A DNA stretch of 64,000 bases, taken from the NCBI GenBank assembly GCA_050951805.1, contig JBMNJT010000007.1:1-64000 (forward strand), given 5' to 3'. Positions 1 to 9,584 of the stretch are shown piece after piece (the stretch's first letter is position 1; every line of letters begins with the position of its first letter). The notes below the pieces were generated by a model. The model saw only the letters and a list, made by a program, of their open reading frames with translations, had not been told where the DNA came from and did not search any database. The DNA comes from Bacillota bacterium (lineage in GTDB: Bacteria > Bacillota > DTU025). The position numbers and the translations under genes were made by a program.

Positions 1-137
1 ACTAGCGCTGGCGCGGGATGTATAGTCGCAACAAACACCTTAGCTATCTGCGCATGACGCTCTCGGCAAGCCCGACCCCCTAGTTCCATCGTTCAGCACA
101 CCCTTTATTATCCACCCCGAATAGTCCTCAAAACCCC

Positions 138-166
138 TTGACATCCTTCCAACGGCATCATATTAT
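138..166 (+). promoter_or_regulatory. sigmaA-type promoter of the YtrA-type ABC operon
   Basis: TTGACA (138-143), 17 nt spacer, TATTAT (161-166), upstream of an AAGGAGG RBS. Confidence 0.75.
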
Positions 167-198
167 AGTGTCACTGTATTAGTCCACTAGTACACTAT
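165..198. promoter_or_regulatory. putative YtrA-family operator (inverted repeat)
   Basis: TGTATTAGTCCACTAGTACA (175-194) inside ATAGTGT...ACACTAT, just downstream of the -10 and upstream of a YtrA-type GntR gene. Confidence 0.6.
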
Positions 199-244
199 GA
201 CAGTATGACGGCGCCATGAAGCGCTTCGGAAAGGAGGGATCTGA

Positions 245-682
245 TTGGGGATCAGCTTCGACGAATCTGTACCTATCTACACGCAGATAATGAAGAGCGT
301 GCTCTGGGATGTGGCCACAGGCGCCCTGCTTCCCGGCGACAAGCTACTGTCGGTGCGCGACTTCGCCAAACAGGCCAAGACCAATCCGAACACGGTTCAA
401 CGCGCATATGCAGAGCTCGAGAGGATGGGAGTGGTGGAAACCCAAAGAGGTCAAGGAACTTTCGTCTCCGCGAGCCCGGAAATAGCGAGGGAGGTCAGAT
501 CAGAGATGACCGCTGCAGCAGTGGAGTCTTTCGTTGAAGAGATGAGACGGTTGCGCTACTCCGACAGCGATATAATCTCGCTCGTCTCACAGCAACTAGT
601 CAAAACCGGAACCAATAGCTCCAACGGAGCTGCTCAAAACGGTCCAAGCACTACAAATAACCATGATGGGGGTGTTCAGTGA
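245..682 (+). CDS. GntR family transcriptional regulator, YtrA subfamily
   Basis: PIYTQI...LLSVRDFA...NPNTVQRAYAELE...QRGQGTFV winged HTH, short C-terminus, followed by an ABC ATPase; TTG start with RBS. Confidence 0.9.
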   Translation: MGISFDESVPIYTQIMKSVLWDVATGALLPGDKLLSVRDFAKQAKTNPNTVQRAYAELERMGVVETQRGQGTFVSASPEIAREVRSEMTAAAVESFVEEMRRLRYSDSDIISLVSQQLVKTGTNSSNGAAQNGPSTTNNHDGGVQ

Positions 683-1374
683 TGCCCGCTATTGAGCTGA
701 CTGATGTACACAAAAGATATTACCGTTCCCACGCCCTGCGAGGCGTAAACCTCAGCGTGGACCGGGGAAAGATCGTAGGCCTTTTGGGCCCCAATGGATC
801 CGGCAAGTCTACCTTGCTGAGGATATGCGCCGGGCTTGCAAGCCCGACCTCGGGAAAAGTGCAAGTACACGGGCAAGACATTTCCATTGCAACGAAGGCA
901 ATAACCGCATACATCCCGGATATAGACAGCTTCTACTCGTGGATGACGGTGAGGCAGGCAATTGCCTTTGAAAGTTCTATGTTCGACGACTTCGTCCTCG
1001 CAGACGCCATGGACCTTGTACGAGAGCTGAAACTGGATCCCGACAACAAGATCTCGTCGCTCTCGAAGGGACAGCGCGGCAGGTTGAAACTGGTCCTTGC
1101 AATGTCTCGCCGCGCAGAGCTGGTGCTAATGGACGAACCACTTTCAGGCATCGACCCGCCTTCGCGCACCGCGATACTCGAGACTATAGCCGACAGGTAT
1201 CGCGCAGGCGAGCAGACGATAATCATGTCCACCCACGAAGTTCTTGAATCGGAAAAGCTCTTTGAAGACGTGATCTTCCTCTCTGAAGGACGAATTGTCT
1301 TGACGGGCGAAGCCGACCAGCTAAGAGCCGAACGGGGCAAATCCTTAAATGAAATCTTCGCGGAGGTGTGTTGA
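679..1374 (+). CDS. ABC transporter ATP-binding protein (YtrB/multidrug type)
   Basis: Walker A GPNGSGKST, signature LSKGQ, Walker B LMDEP. Confidence 0.92.
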   Translation: MMPAIELTDVHKRYYRSHALRGVNLSVDRGKIVGLLGPNGSGKSTLLRICAGLASPTSGKVQVHGQDISIATKAITAYIPDIDSFYSWMTVRQAIAFESSMFDDFVLADAMDLVRELKLDPDNKISSLSKGQRGRLKLVLAMSRRAELVLMDEPLSGIDPPSRTAILETIADRYRAGEQTIIMSTHEVLESEKLFEDVIFLSEGRIVLTGEADQLRAERGKSLNEIFAEVC

Positions 1375-1375
1375 A

Positions 1376-2158
1376 GTGAAGCGTTGGTGGTCACTTGTGG
1401 GAAAGGAATGGCGCGGCTCCTGGACCGTCATTTTGCTGGCCTTAGCAGCTACCATCGGATTCGATACGTGGCTTGCGATCAAGGCACCCGTATGGTCGGC
1501 AAGAATCAACGGAGAGCTCGCCTTCGGGCTGTCATTCATACCCTTTGTGGGAATAGGCATAGCCGCCCTGGTAGTCGGATACTACACAATGCGCAATGAG
1601 TGGAGGGACCGAACCTCTCTGCAGCTCCTATCGTACCCAGTGAGCGGCGCCGGAATTCTCTGGGCCAAGTTGCTCGTGGCCGTTCTCGGCCTAGGACTCA
1701 TCACCGTCGTTGCAACAGTTGGAACATGGTTTGTGACCCAACGGTCCTCAATACCCTACTCCACTATCATCTCAGCAACAGAGGATATCCTGCGTTTGAA
1801 GGCGTGGGAGAGAACCCTCGACATCATATGGATGGTGGTATGTTCGATCCTTGGCACTGCGTTCATCGTTGCGGTGGGACTCTTCTCCTTCACGATAGGA
1901 ACCATAGTGCCACGCATCTCAGGTTTGATCGCTGTGATCGTTTACGGCCTCACATGGTATTTGACCTTTGCGTTCGCACCGCACGCGATGTACGCTTTCT
2001 CCTTCGTGCCCAACCCGGGGCTGATTGTATACACGGGGCTAGGACCGATGGCGGCTCGCAAAGTCATACCGTTGCTTCCGTTCTGGCCGACTATCATGGG
2101 CACCGTAATTCTCATCTTGATCGCCGGCAAGATCCTTGAGTTGGAAGTCGACGCCTGA
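1376..2158 (+). CDS. ABC-2 type permease
   Basis: About 6 hydrophobic segments with an EW..R....LLSYPVS...ILWAK motif; GTG start at 1376 after GGAGG. Confidence 0.8.
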   Translation: MKRWWSLVGKEWRGSWTVILLALAATIGFDTWLAIKAPVWSARINGELAFGLSFIPFVGIGIAALVVGYYTMRNEWRDRTSLQLLSYPVSGAGILWAKLLVAVLGLGLITVVATVGTWFVTQRSSIPYSTIISATEDILRLKAWERTLDIIWMVVCSILGTAFIVAVGLFSFTIGTIVPRISGLIAVIVYGLTWYLTFAFAPHAMYAFSFVPNPGLIVYTGLGPMAARKVIPLLPFWPTIMGTVILILIAGKILELEVDA

Positions 2159-2197
2159 TCGACAAATAGAGCTTCATAAATAGGAGGGACATAATAG

Positions 2198-3103
2198 ATG
2201 ATTTCTCGGCGAGGGATAGTTATAATCGTTCTTATCGGGCTGGCTGTAGTAGCGAGCTCCACCCACCCATGGGTGTCAGGAAGCAACCTGCTTGCAGATA
2301 AGTATTCATCCATGTTCGATCCTTACATCAATACGGATACAGGCATCATTGCAAAAGCACAGTTTGAGGAGGCTTTCAGCGCCGCCGGCATCAAGTGTGT
2401 GGCTATACAGGTACCCGTAGGCGACATTACAGTCATCAAGACAGGCGGCAACAACATCACTATAGACGGCGAACGGATCGCCTACGGCGAGACATTGGAA
2501 AAAGCAGAGACGAAGCTGTCACTTGTGCCGCTCGAAGCCCGGACTCGCGATGATGTTCTCGAGATAATCAGCCTGGTTGACACATCAGCTACAACGGGCT
2601 CGTCCAGCAGAATCAACATGGTAATTCAGGTTCCAGCAGGGATAGACGTTAGGTCCACGCTCTCTGCGGGCGAGATCACCCTGAATGGGATCGATGGGGC
2701 TATCTACGCCAAAGTAGATACGGGCAAGGTGAACACCGATTCCACCAGAGGCGATTTGGATATCGAGGTCTCCGTTGGCGCGATAGACGTGCGTGACGCA
2801 GTCGTTGCAAACAAGTTGAGCCTGATTACGTCAATGGGGCCCATAGACTTCCTTGGAACTCTCGGAAAGTACAATTACATTGAGAGCTCTGCCGGTCCCA
2901 TCACGATCAGTGTTCCTAGGTCTACGTGTGTGCGGATAGACGCAGCAATTTCCGCTGGACAGATAAATAGCTCGCTGCCGATTACAGGTCTGAACTCCGA
3001 CAATCAGAAGTCGTCTGCCACCGGAATTCTCGGCAACGGCACGCCGACAGGAGAACTCAAAGTCCGCGCATCCATGGGCGAGATCAGCATTTCGGAGCTA
3101 TGA
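2198..3103 (+). CDS. DUF4097-like beta-strand repeat protein, N-terminally anchored
   Basis: N-terminal hydrophobic stretch, repeated xxSxGxIxx beta motifs, typical companion of YtrA operons. Confidence 0.7.
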   Translation: MISRRGIVIIVLIGLAVVASSTHPWVSGSNLLADKYSSMFDPYINTDTGIIAKAQFEEAFSAAGIKCVAIQVPVGDITVIKTGGNNITIDGERIAYGETLEKAETKLSLVPLEARTRDDVLEIISLVDTSATTGSSSRINMVIQVPAGIDVRSTLSAGEITLNGIDGAIYAKVDTGKVNTDSTRGDLDIEVSVGAIDVRDAVVANKLSLITSMGPIDFLGTLGKYNYIESSAGPITISVPRSTCVRIDAAISAGQINSSLPITGLNSDNQKSSATGILGNGTPTGELKVRASMGEISISEL

Positions 3104-3663
3104 GCCTGCATTGCGGCTCTAGTCAATTGCCAATGGCCAAAGATCGGACACTGGCATTTGGGCACAGAAGATGAGCAGACTGAGCGCACAGGAAAGATCA
3201 AGCAGACCCTCAGCTCGTCTGCTCACTTCAGGGGCTCATGATATCACCGCAGGCTGCGCCCGTACAAACCAGGACCATATGCCCCACCGTCTTTTTGCCC
3301 ACATCCACGTCATCATCTCAGAGCATGCTTCTATGGAGCCATATGTCGGCCCAATCTTCCATCATGAGGGCGGTTCGCTCGTTCGTCTCAATGGGAGGTG
3401 ACTAAAATCTAGCCAGGTTCGTTCTTCTCCCGGCAGCACTTGGCCATCGCCGCACATTTCTTGTCCTAGCCTCAAACGGCATGCGGCGTTTGCGCTACTG
3501 TTGGCTATCCGGCGTAAGGACTCAGCTGCTCCTAGGAGCGCTCGAACGCTTTTGGAGACATGCCTGAGCAATCACAAGCAGCATCTTGTCCAGATCAATT
3601 GGCCCAGTTTTGAACCGCAGGTAGCACAGACTTCGGAATCGCACAAAACTTGTCAAGACCTAC

Positions 3664-4575
3664 TCAGCCGTCAATACCGCACGCTCCGCACTCCGGGTCA
3701 ACCGCAACCTTTACCTCATCAAACCTCATCTCGAGTCCATCCCAGAGCAACAACCGCCCTACCAGCAGGTCTCCCGCTCCCGTAATCAGTTTCAACACTT
3801 CAGTAGCCTCAATGCTGCCTATCACCGCGGGGACTGTAGCCAGCACCCCAACGCGAGACGGGTCAAATGGGCCGAGCTTCTCAAGGCCATTACCTCGATC
3901 ATCCTTCGCCTGCGCACCGGCCAGTTGGCCAAGGCTCTCCTCCTCGGACCTTCCATGATGCGCTCCGTCATCATGTCTTATCGCAGTGCAGGCATCGTCG
4001 TCCCCGACCCAACATTGAGCCCCCTCTTCCACCACCGCGCCGCCAAACACACATCTGTAACAAGGCCCTCCGCAGCCCGGAACGTACGTCATGGCCTCCC
4101 CGGTCCAGCCCAGCACCGCCCCGTGAACGAGGGGCTTCCCCGCCGCCACGCACGCATCGTTTAGCACCAATCGTGCCCCGGTAGAATCTAAGGCATCCAC
4201 CACTACGTCATACCGCCTTACCAAATCCCCCGCGTTATCGACATCGAGCGCCACAGCCCACTTCTCAACCTGCACCTCCGAGTTTAGAGCCAGGATCCTT
4301 CGCTCAGCAGAATCAACCTTAAGCCTCCCGATGTCGCAGGTGGTGTGGGCTATCTGCCTCTGCAGATTCGATAGCTCCACCACGTCGGGGTCAACGAGGC
4401 CGATTACGCCCACCCCCGCTGCGGCCAGGTACAGAGCAATAGGAGAACCCAGGCCGCCAACGCCCACAATCAAGACTCTGGCAGCTCGGATTCTCCCCTG
4501 ACCAACTTCGCCCACTCTGGCAAGGCGTATCTGCCTGCTGTACCGCTGGCGCTCAGCACTGCTCAGCGCGGGCAC
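3664..4575 (-). CDS. HesA/MoeB/ThiF family adenylyltransferase
   Basis: RYSRQI, GVGGLG, VELSNLQRQ, PCYRC and CGAC zinc motifs. Confidence 0.88.
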   Translation of the reverse strand: MPALSSAERQRYSRQIRLARVGEVGQGRIRAARVLIVGVGGLGSPIALYLAAAGVGVIGLVDPDVVELSNLQRQIAHTTCDIGRLKVDSAERRILALNSEVQVEKWAVALDVDNAGDLVRRYDVVVDALDSTGARLVLNDACVAAGKPLVHGAVLGWTGEAMTYVPGCGGPCYRCVFGGAVVEEGAQCWVGDDDACTAIRHDDGAHHGRSEEESLGQLAGAQAKDDRGNGLEKLGPFDPSRVGVLATVPAVIGSIEATEVLKLITGAGDLLVGRLLLWDGLEMRFDEVKVAVDPECGACGIDG

Positions 4576-5447
4576 TACTTACCCTCCCGCTCTGCAATCC
4601 ATTGGGCCATCGTATCGAGCACTTTGTCCTTTTCCGGCTCGTTCATGATCTCATGATAAAGCCCGTCCCAGACTATCAACTTCTTATCGGTAGTCTCAGG
4701 CACATTCTCGTAGAACTTGATAGTAGCCTCTGTGGAGCAGATCGGGTCATCTCCCCCAGGCATGAAAAGGCACGGAGTGGCGATCGATTTCGCCAAGCTC
4801 TGCACATTCTTCATGGCCTTGTCGAACTCCACATAAAACTTGGTTGTGATCTTGGGGTAGCGAATTGGATCCTTCTTGTAGGCTTCCACTACATTCGAGT
4901 CATGAGAAAGCCCCTCTGCCGCTATCCCTGTGTCAACAGCCATCTTCGGGAAAAGCCACGACATGAACGTGCCGAACCCCTTCTTTATCGGCGATACCCT
5001 CATTCGCAAAGCCAAACATGGCGAAGTCACTATCAAACCGTTTATCGTCTTCGGACGTCTGGCTGCATAGCCTAAGGCAATCAACCCGCCCATCGAATGC
5101 CCCACCAAGAAGCATTTCTTTCCGGGATTGCGGCCCTTGGCTCTACGGATCACAAACCAAAGATCATCATAGAATTGTGAGAATTTGTTGACATGTCCCC
5201 GCACGCCTTCTGACTTGCCCTGCCCCCGGTGGTCATAGGCGTAAACAACATATCCTTTTTGGGCAAAGAACTTTGCAACATGCTCATACCTGCCCGAATG
5301 GTCTGCAAGCCCGTGTGCTATGACAATTGTGGAACGCGCCTTCAGAGCAGGTTCGCCCTCCAAACTCACGCCCTTCCACACCCGGCAAAAGAGTTCGACA
5401 CCGTCTTGGGCCTTTAGCTTCTCTTCGGAATAGATGACTTCCGGCAT
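4575..5447 (-). CDS. alpha/beta hydrolase (lysophospholipase/monoglyceride lipase type)
   Basis: HGLADHSGRY, DHRGQG, GHSMGG nucleophile elbow, YHEIMNEP. Confidence 0.9.
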   Translation of the reverse strand: MPEVIYSEEKLKAQDGVELFCRVWKGVSLEGEPALKARSTIVIAHGLADHSGRYEHVAKFFAQKGYVVYAYDHRGQGKSEGVRGHVNKFSQFYDDLWFVIRRAKGRNPGKKCFLVGHSMGGLIALGYAARRPKTINGLIVTSPCLALRMRVSPIKKGFGTFMSWLFPKMAVDTGIAAEGLSHDSNVVEAYKKDPIRYPKITTKFYVEFDKAMKNVQSLAKSIATPCLFMPGGDDPICSTEATIKFYENVPETTDKKLIVWDGLYHEIMNEPEKDKVLDTMAQWIAEREGK

Positions 5448-5566
5448 ATGAAATCCCTCCCGCGGCGGCGGTCAGTGTTGCCTAGGGCATGGCGGAGCTA
5501 TGTCAACCAACGCCTCAAGACACTGTTAATTTCCGCCCAATTCTTAAAAACCCCGGCCCCCCGCGG

Positions 5567-6607
5567 CTACGGATAGAGGATTACCTTGCCGCACTGGCCG
5601 GACATCATGAGCTCCATTCCTTCATCCAGATCATCCCATAGCGACATCTTGTGGGTTATCACCGGCGTGATATCGAGGCCCGCCTTAAGCAGCGACCTTG
5701 CCTGGAACCAAGTCTCAAACATCCTGCGCCCATTTATGCCCTGAACAGTGGCGCTTTTGAATATGATCGCATTGGCCAGGTCCAACTTGATCGGCTCAGA
5801 AGGGATTCCCAGAAGTGATGCGAATCCCGCCTTTCGAAGGGCATCAAACCCCTGAACAATAGCGCTGGGGCTTCCCGACATCTCCAGCAGCACGTCGGCG
5901 CCTACCCCTCCGGTGGCCTCGCGCACAGCAGCTACGGGATCCTCCCGCTTCGGGTTGATCGCAAGATCTGCCCCAAGTTTGCAAGCCAAGTCAAGTCTGT
6001 AATCAGACACATCGGTTACGTACACCTCAGTAGCTCCGGCGGCTTTGGCGACACTGATAGCGCACAAGCCGATTGGGCCCATTCCTGTTATAAGGACTGT
6101 TTTCCCCACAAGATCAGTGGCAAGTGTCGTATGGACTGCGTTGCCAAATGGGTCCTGAATCGCCGCTACCTCGTCCGATATATCGATATCCCATATCCAG
6201 CAATTGAACTCCGGAACAACAACATACTCTGCAAAACATCCGTCGCGGTCTATGCCCATGATTTTCGCATTCTGACAGATGTGAGCGAGCCCAGTCAGAC
6301 AGTAAAAGCACTTGCCGCATGCAGTGTGCGTCTCAACGGATACGAACTGACCTTCTTTGACCTTGGTTACGCCCTCTCCAACTTCCACAACATCTCCACA
6401 GAACTCATGCCCAAAGATTCTGGGAGTTGTAACTCGGGCCTGCGACCACGGATCCCACTCATATATGTGGACGTCAGTGCCGCATATGGCTGTTGCACGC
6501 ACCCGGACCAGTACTTCTCCTCTTCCCGGTTGAGGAATAGGCGCCGTTATCAGCTCTGCGCCTGGCTCGGGCCTCATCTTGGATATTGCCCGCATCTCTC
6601 CCCGCAT
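5567..6607 (-). CDS. tdh: L-threonine 3-dehydrogenase
   Basis: ICGTDVHIYEWDPW, GHEF, structural Zn CGKCFYC...C, DPFGNAVHT, GINGRRMFETW. Confidence 0.93.
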   Translation of the reverse strand: MRGEMRAISKMRPEPGAELITAPIPQPGRGEVLVRVRATAICGTDVHIYEWDPWSQARVTTPRIFGHEFCGDVVEVGEGVTKVKEGQFVSVETHTACGKCFYCLTGLAHICQNAKIMGIDRDGCFAEYVVVPEFNCWIWDIDISDEVAAIQDPFGNAVHTTLATDLVGKTVLITGMGPIGLCAISVAKAAGATEVYVTDVSDYRLDLACKLGADLAINPKREDPVAAVREATGGVGADVLLEMSGSPSAIVQGFDALRKAGFASLLGIPSEPIKLDLANAIIFKSATVQGINGRRMFETWFQARSLLKAGLDITPVITHKMSLWDDLDEGMELMMSGQCGKVILYP

Positions 6608-6671
6608 CCATAAGCCCCCTTCAACTGTGTCGGCATATGTTGGCCGGCCATTGTTGACTATTTGAATATGT

Positions 6672-6696
6672 ATTCTAGCCTTTTTTCCGCATACCT
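6672..6696 (-). promoter_or_regulatory. putative sigmaH promoter of tdh
   Basis: Minus strand gcAGGT-N17-GAAT. Confidence 0.45.
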
Positions 6697-6765
6697 GCTT
6701 ACTGGAATGCGTTAACCATGATGTTGCTGGAAAGACTATGCTGGAAACACATCGACTTCTAGTGG

Positions 6766-8040
6766 GTGGTTGCGTTGACGAGAAGCCCTGAAAGAGACGG
6801 CCGAGGCCCTCTTCGCTTGGCAGCCCTTGTCCTTACGGGCATCATCTGCGCTGTTGTATTCTCCAAAGGATACTCCCCGCAAACTCCGGAAACACCCAAT
6901 GAGTTCAGGAGCGAGCCTGCAAACGCAGAAGAATCGGCGGTTTGGCCCGGCAGCAGAAAGCTATCGCAGGATCATGAGTCAGCCGCCGGAGCCGTAGTGC
7001 CAATCGACGATGGCGGAGGCGCATCTCCAGAATCGGAATCGGAGCCTCGGTCGGCAACGCTCTGCGAATGTGGGGATCTACACAAGCTGTGGCTGTGCGA
7101 GCCCATAATGGTCGGAAAGCAAGTCCGCGATTTACAGGAAGGGCTGGCGGTTGCAGGATTTCCTGCAGGACATGTCGACGGGCTCTTCGGACCTGCAACG
7201 GAAAGAGCCGTGCGGGCTTTTCAGGCCAGTGTTGGATTGTCTGAAGACGGCATAGTTGACCTGTCCGTATGGATGACCCTTGGCCGAGTATGCGAACAGA
7301 TTGTCGCAGCTTCATTGGAACCGAGTGGGGACATCATTCCCATCGCAAAAACAACGGACGAGCAAATCGGGGCGGGGCCCGAAGCCAAGTCCAAAGCAAA
7401 GGCTTCGCCGGCCAAACCCCAAACCGAACAAGAGGGCACAACCGGAAAGGGACTGCCGCCAGGCTGGCGCGCTCTCCTTATCGATACATCCAACCTCACC
7501 ATCACACTCCTCGAGGACGGTTTGCCCATCAAGCAGTACCGGGTCGGCGTCGGCGAGCCATCTACGCCCACGCCTCTAGGGCAGTTCAAAGTCATAGAGA
7601 AGGCGGCATGGGCGGGGGGATTCGGCACAAGGTGGATGGGACTTAACGTCCCGTGGGGGAAATACGGGATACACGGAACAAACAAGCCATGGACTGTGGG
7701 ACAACGCAAGTCTGGCGGCTGCATCAGAATGCTCAACCGCGATGTCGAAGAACTCTACTCAATGGTTCCTGTAGGGACACCGGTAGTCATAACCGCCGGC
7801 CACTTCGGCACTTTGGGGTCATTCCGTCCCCGGATCGAGCCGGGCGCCAAAGGAAGTTACGTGCTGGAGGTGCAGAAACGCCTTGCCAAACTCGGCTATG
7901 AGCATGCTGGCTTTGACGGGGTATACGGCCCCGGAACCGAACGCGCCATAATGCAGCTTCAACGAGACAAGGGGCTTCCAGTGACGGGAATCGTAGACAT
8001 GCGGACCTATGAAGCACTAGGACTCTTCATCTTCGATTAG
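6766..8040 (+). CDS. L,D-transpeptidase family protein with two peptidoglycan-binding domains
   Basis: YkuD motif YGIHGT...SGGCIRM; PG_binding_1 motifs DGLFGPATERAVRAFQ and DGVYGPGTERAIMQLQ. Confidence 0.88.
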   Translation: MVALTRSPERDGRGPLRLAALVLTGIICAVVFSKGYSPQTPETPNEFRSEPANAEESAVWPGSRKLSQDHESAAGAVVPIDDGGGASPESESEPRSATLCECGDLHKLWLCEPIMVGKQVRDLQEGLAVAGFPAGHVDGLFGPATERAVRAFQASVGLSEDGIVDLSVWMTLGRVCEQIVAASLEPSGDIIPIAKTTDEQIGAGPEAKSKAKASPAKPQTEQEGTTGKGLPPGWRALLIDTSNLTITLLEDGLPIKQYRVGVGEPSTPTPLGQFKVIEKAAWAGGFGTRWMGLNVPWGKYGIHGTNKPWTVGQRKSGGCIRMLNRDVEELYSMVPVGTPVVITAGHFGTLGSFRPRIEPGAKGSYVLEVQKRLAKLGYEHAGFDGVYGPGTERAIMQLQRDKGLPVTGIVDMRTYEALGLFIFD

Positions 8041-8111
8041 CCACGCAAAAGGCGACGGCACATCCACCGCCGCCTCGTCCTTCAAGGTCTGAGCTTGCGA
8101 TTGTGCGAAGC

Positions 8112-8333
8112 CTATACAGACTGAACCGCTTTTACTTCGGGTATCTCGTTCTTCAGCACCCTCTCGATACCATTTTTGATGGTGAGAGTCGACATAGGAC
8201 ACCCGGCGCAAGCGCCTTTCAGCCTGACCTTTACGATGCCGTCCTCAGTCACGTCAACGAGTTCCACGTCCCCGCCGTCTGCCTGAAGCGACGGCCTTAT
8301 CTCATCCAAAAGGGCCTCAACCTTCTCGCGCAT
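8112..8333 (-). CDS. NifU C-terminal domain (Nfu) Fe-S carrier
   Basis: IRPSLQADGGDVELV...GACAGCPMSTLT. Confidence 0.92.
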   Translation of the reverse strand: MREKVEALLDEIRPSLQADGGDVELVDVTEDGIVKVRLKGACAGCPMSTLTIKNGIERVLKNEIPEVKAVQSV

Positions 8334-8651
8334 ACCATTCAGCTCCCTTCGACATGTGCCATAATACTAGCATTCCGCACCCGGCCGGTCAACAGACTTG
8401 GCGCATGAACATCAGTATCGTTAGCACCGACTACACTCTATATAGGCTATATGATAGCCAGAGTACGTAGGGCGGGGATCGTGGCTCGAAAACAGACGGG
8501 TTTGGGCACGACCCCCGCCAAGCTTGCATTCGGCATGAAACGGCTAGTTAAGGCTATGGGAGTTTGGGACCAAGTCCTCACCGGATGACCCGCCAGCGGG
8601 TTACTTTCGCCTTGGGGCTACGTCACCTGTGCAGAGCATGCCGCGAAGCGC

Positions 8652-9545
8652 TCACCATGTAACATAACCCTCATCATCCGCGCTCCCGCCCCATATGCGC
8701 GTCCATTCCACAATCTCCATCAGATCCTCGAAACCAAGCTTGCGATACATACGCCTCGGCCAATCCAGTGAGTCCGCAACGAGATATGCCAGATCATCGC
8801 CTGCCCGAAGAGCATAGTCCACTGCATGCATGATCATACTGCTGCCTATGCCCTGCATGCGACTGTTCTTTCGCACGTACAGCCTCTCTATCTTCGCCAC
8901 TCCTTTGTGGCGGAAGATCTCACACACCCCTGACGCGTCCGAATCATCGCCTGCAAAGGCCAGGAAAACCCGGTAATCACGTCCTTCTCCCCAAGCGGCT
9001 GCCAGTCTATGGATGGCGAGATCAACAGCGCGCTCCACAAAAACACCGCACTGGCCATACCCTGCATAGTGCTCCCGCATCAAGTTCCTCCACTCTTCGG
9101 ACCCGCTCGCAGAAGGGTGAAAATCTGACTGCCTGTCGTCTCTTTGGCCGCCACTCAATCCACTGAAAACTCCGCCCGCACCCTCTGCATCATGGCCGCG
9201 ATAAACCTGAACGACTGTTGGATGCGGAACATAGCCAGACTTCCTCAGCGCCCTGTAAAGGCACTGAGGCCGTGTACGGCAGTCCAGATCAAACCTGCAA
9301 TGCTCGCGCCCTTTGCCCCTGAACAACTCCTCCGCCCTGCTGATGAAGCCCTCAGGATCCGCTCCCCGAGGCAAATTGATCTGCCTGACATGGTTCGAAT
9401 CTCGCATGTCGGGGCATATATCGGAAAGGACGGCTGTATACCCGTCTCCCCGCAATGCGTTGCATCCGAGGAATGCATATTCATCCTCCACTTCACAGAT
9501 CCGGTTGGCAGGTTCATCACGGACGTTCAAAACCTTAACCCCCAT
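8652..9545 (-). CDS. GNAT family N-acetyltransferase
   Basis: C-terminal LYVRKNSRMQGIGSSM and MYRKLGF motifs. Confidence 0.8.
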   Translation of the reverse strand: MGVKVLNVRDEPANRICEVEDEYAFLGCNALRGDGYTAVLSDICPDMRDSNHVRQINLPRGADPEGFISRAEELFRGKGREHCRFDLDCRTRPQCLYRALRKSGYVPHPTVVQVYRGHDAEGAGGVFSGLSGGQRDDRQSDFHPSASGSEEWRNLMREHYAGYGQCGVFVERAVDLAIHRLAAAWGEGRDYRVFLAFAGDDSDASGVCEIFRHKGVAKIERLYVRKNSRMQGIGSSMIMHAVDYALRAGDDLAYLVADSLDWPRRMYRKLGFEDLMEIVEWTRIWGGSADDEGYVTW

Positions 9546-9584
9546 GTCAACCCGGATCGGCCGAGCCTCGCCAACATTCTCCCA

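Noticed and set aside
3104-3663. short ORFs and inverted repeats in a 560 bp convergent intergenic region
   Set aside because: No recognisable protein motif or RBS; the hairpins are compatible with ordinary terminators
8578-8612. hammerhead ribozyme (CGGATGA followed by a hairpin)
   Set aside because: It lacks the exact CUGAUGA core and the GAAA after stem II
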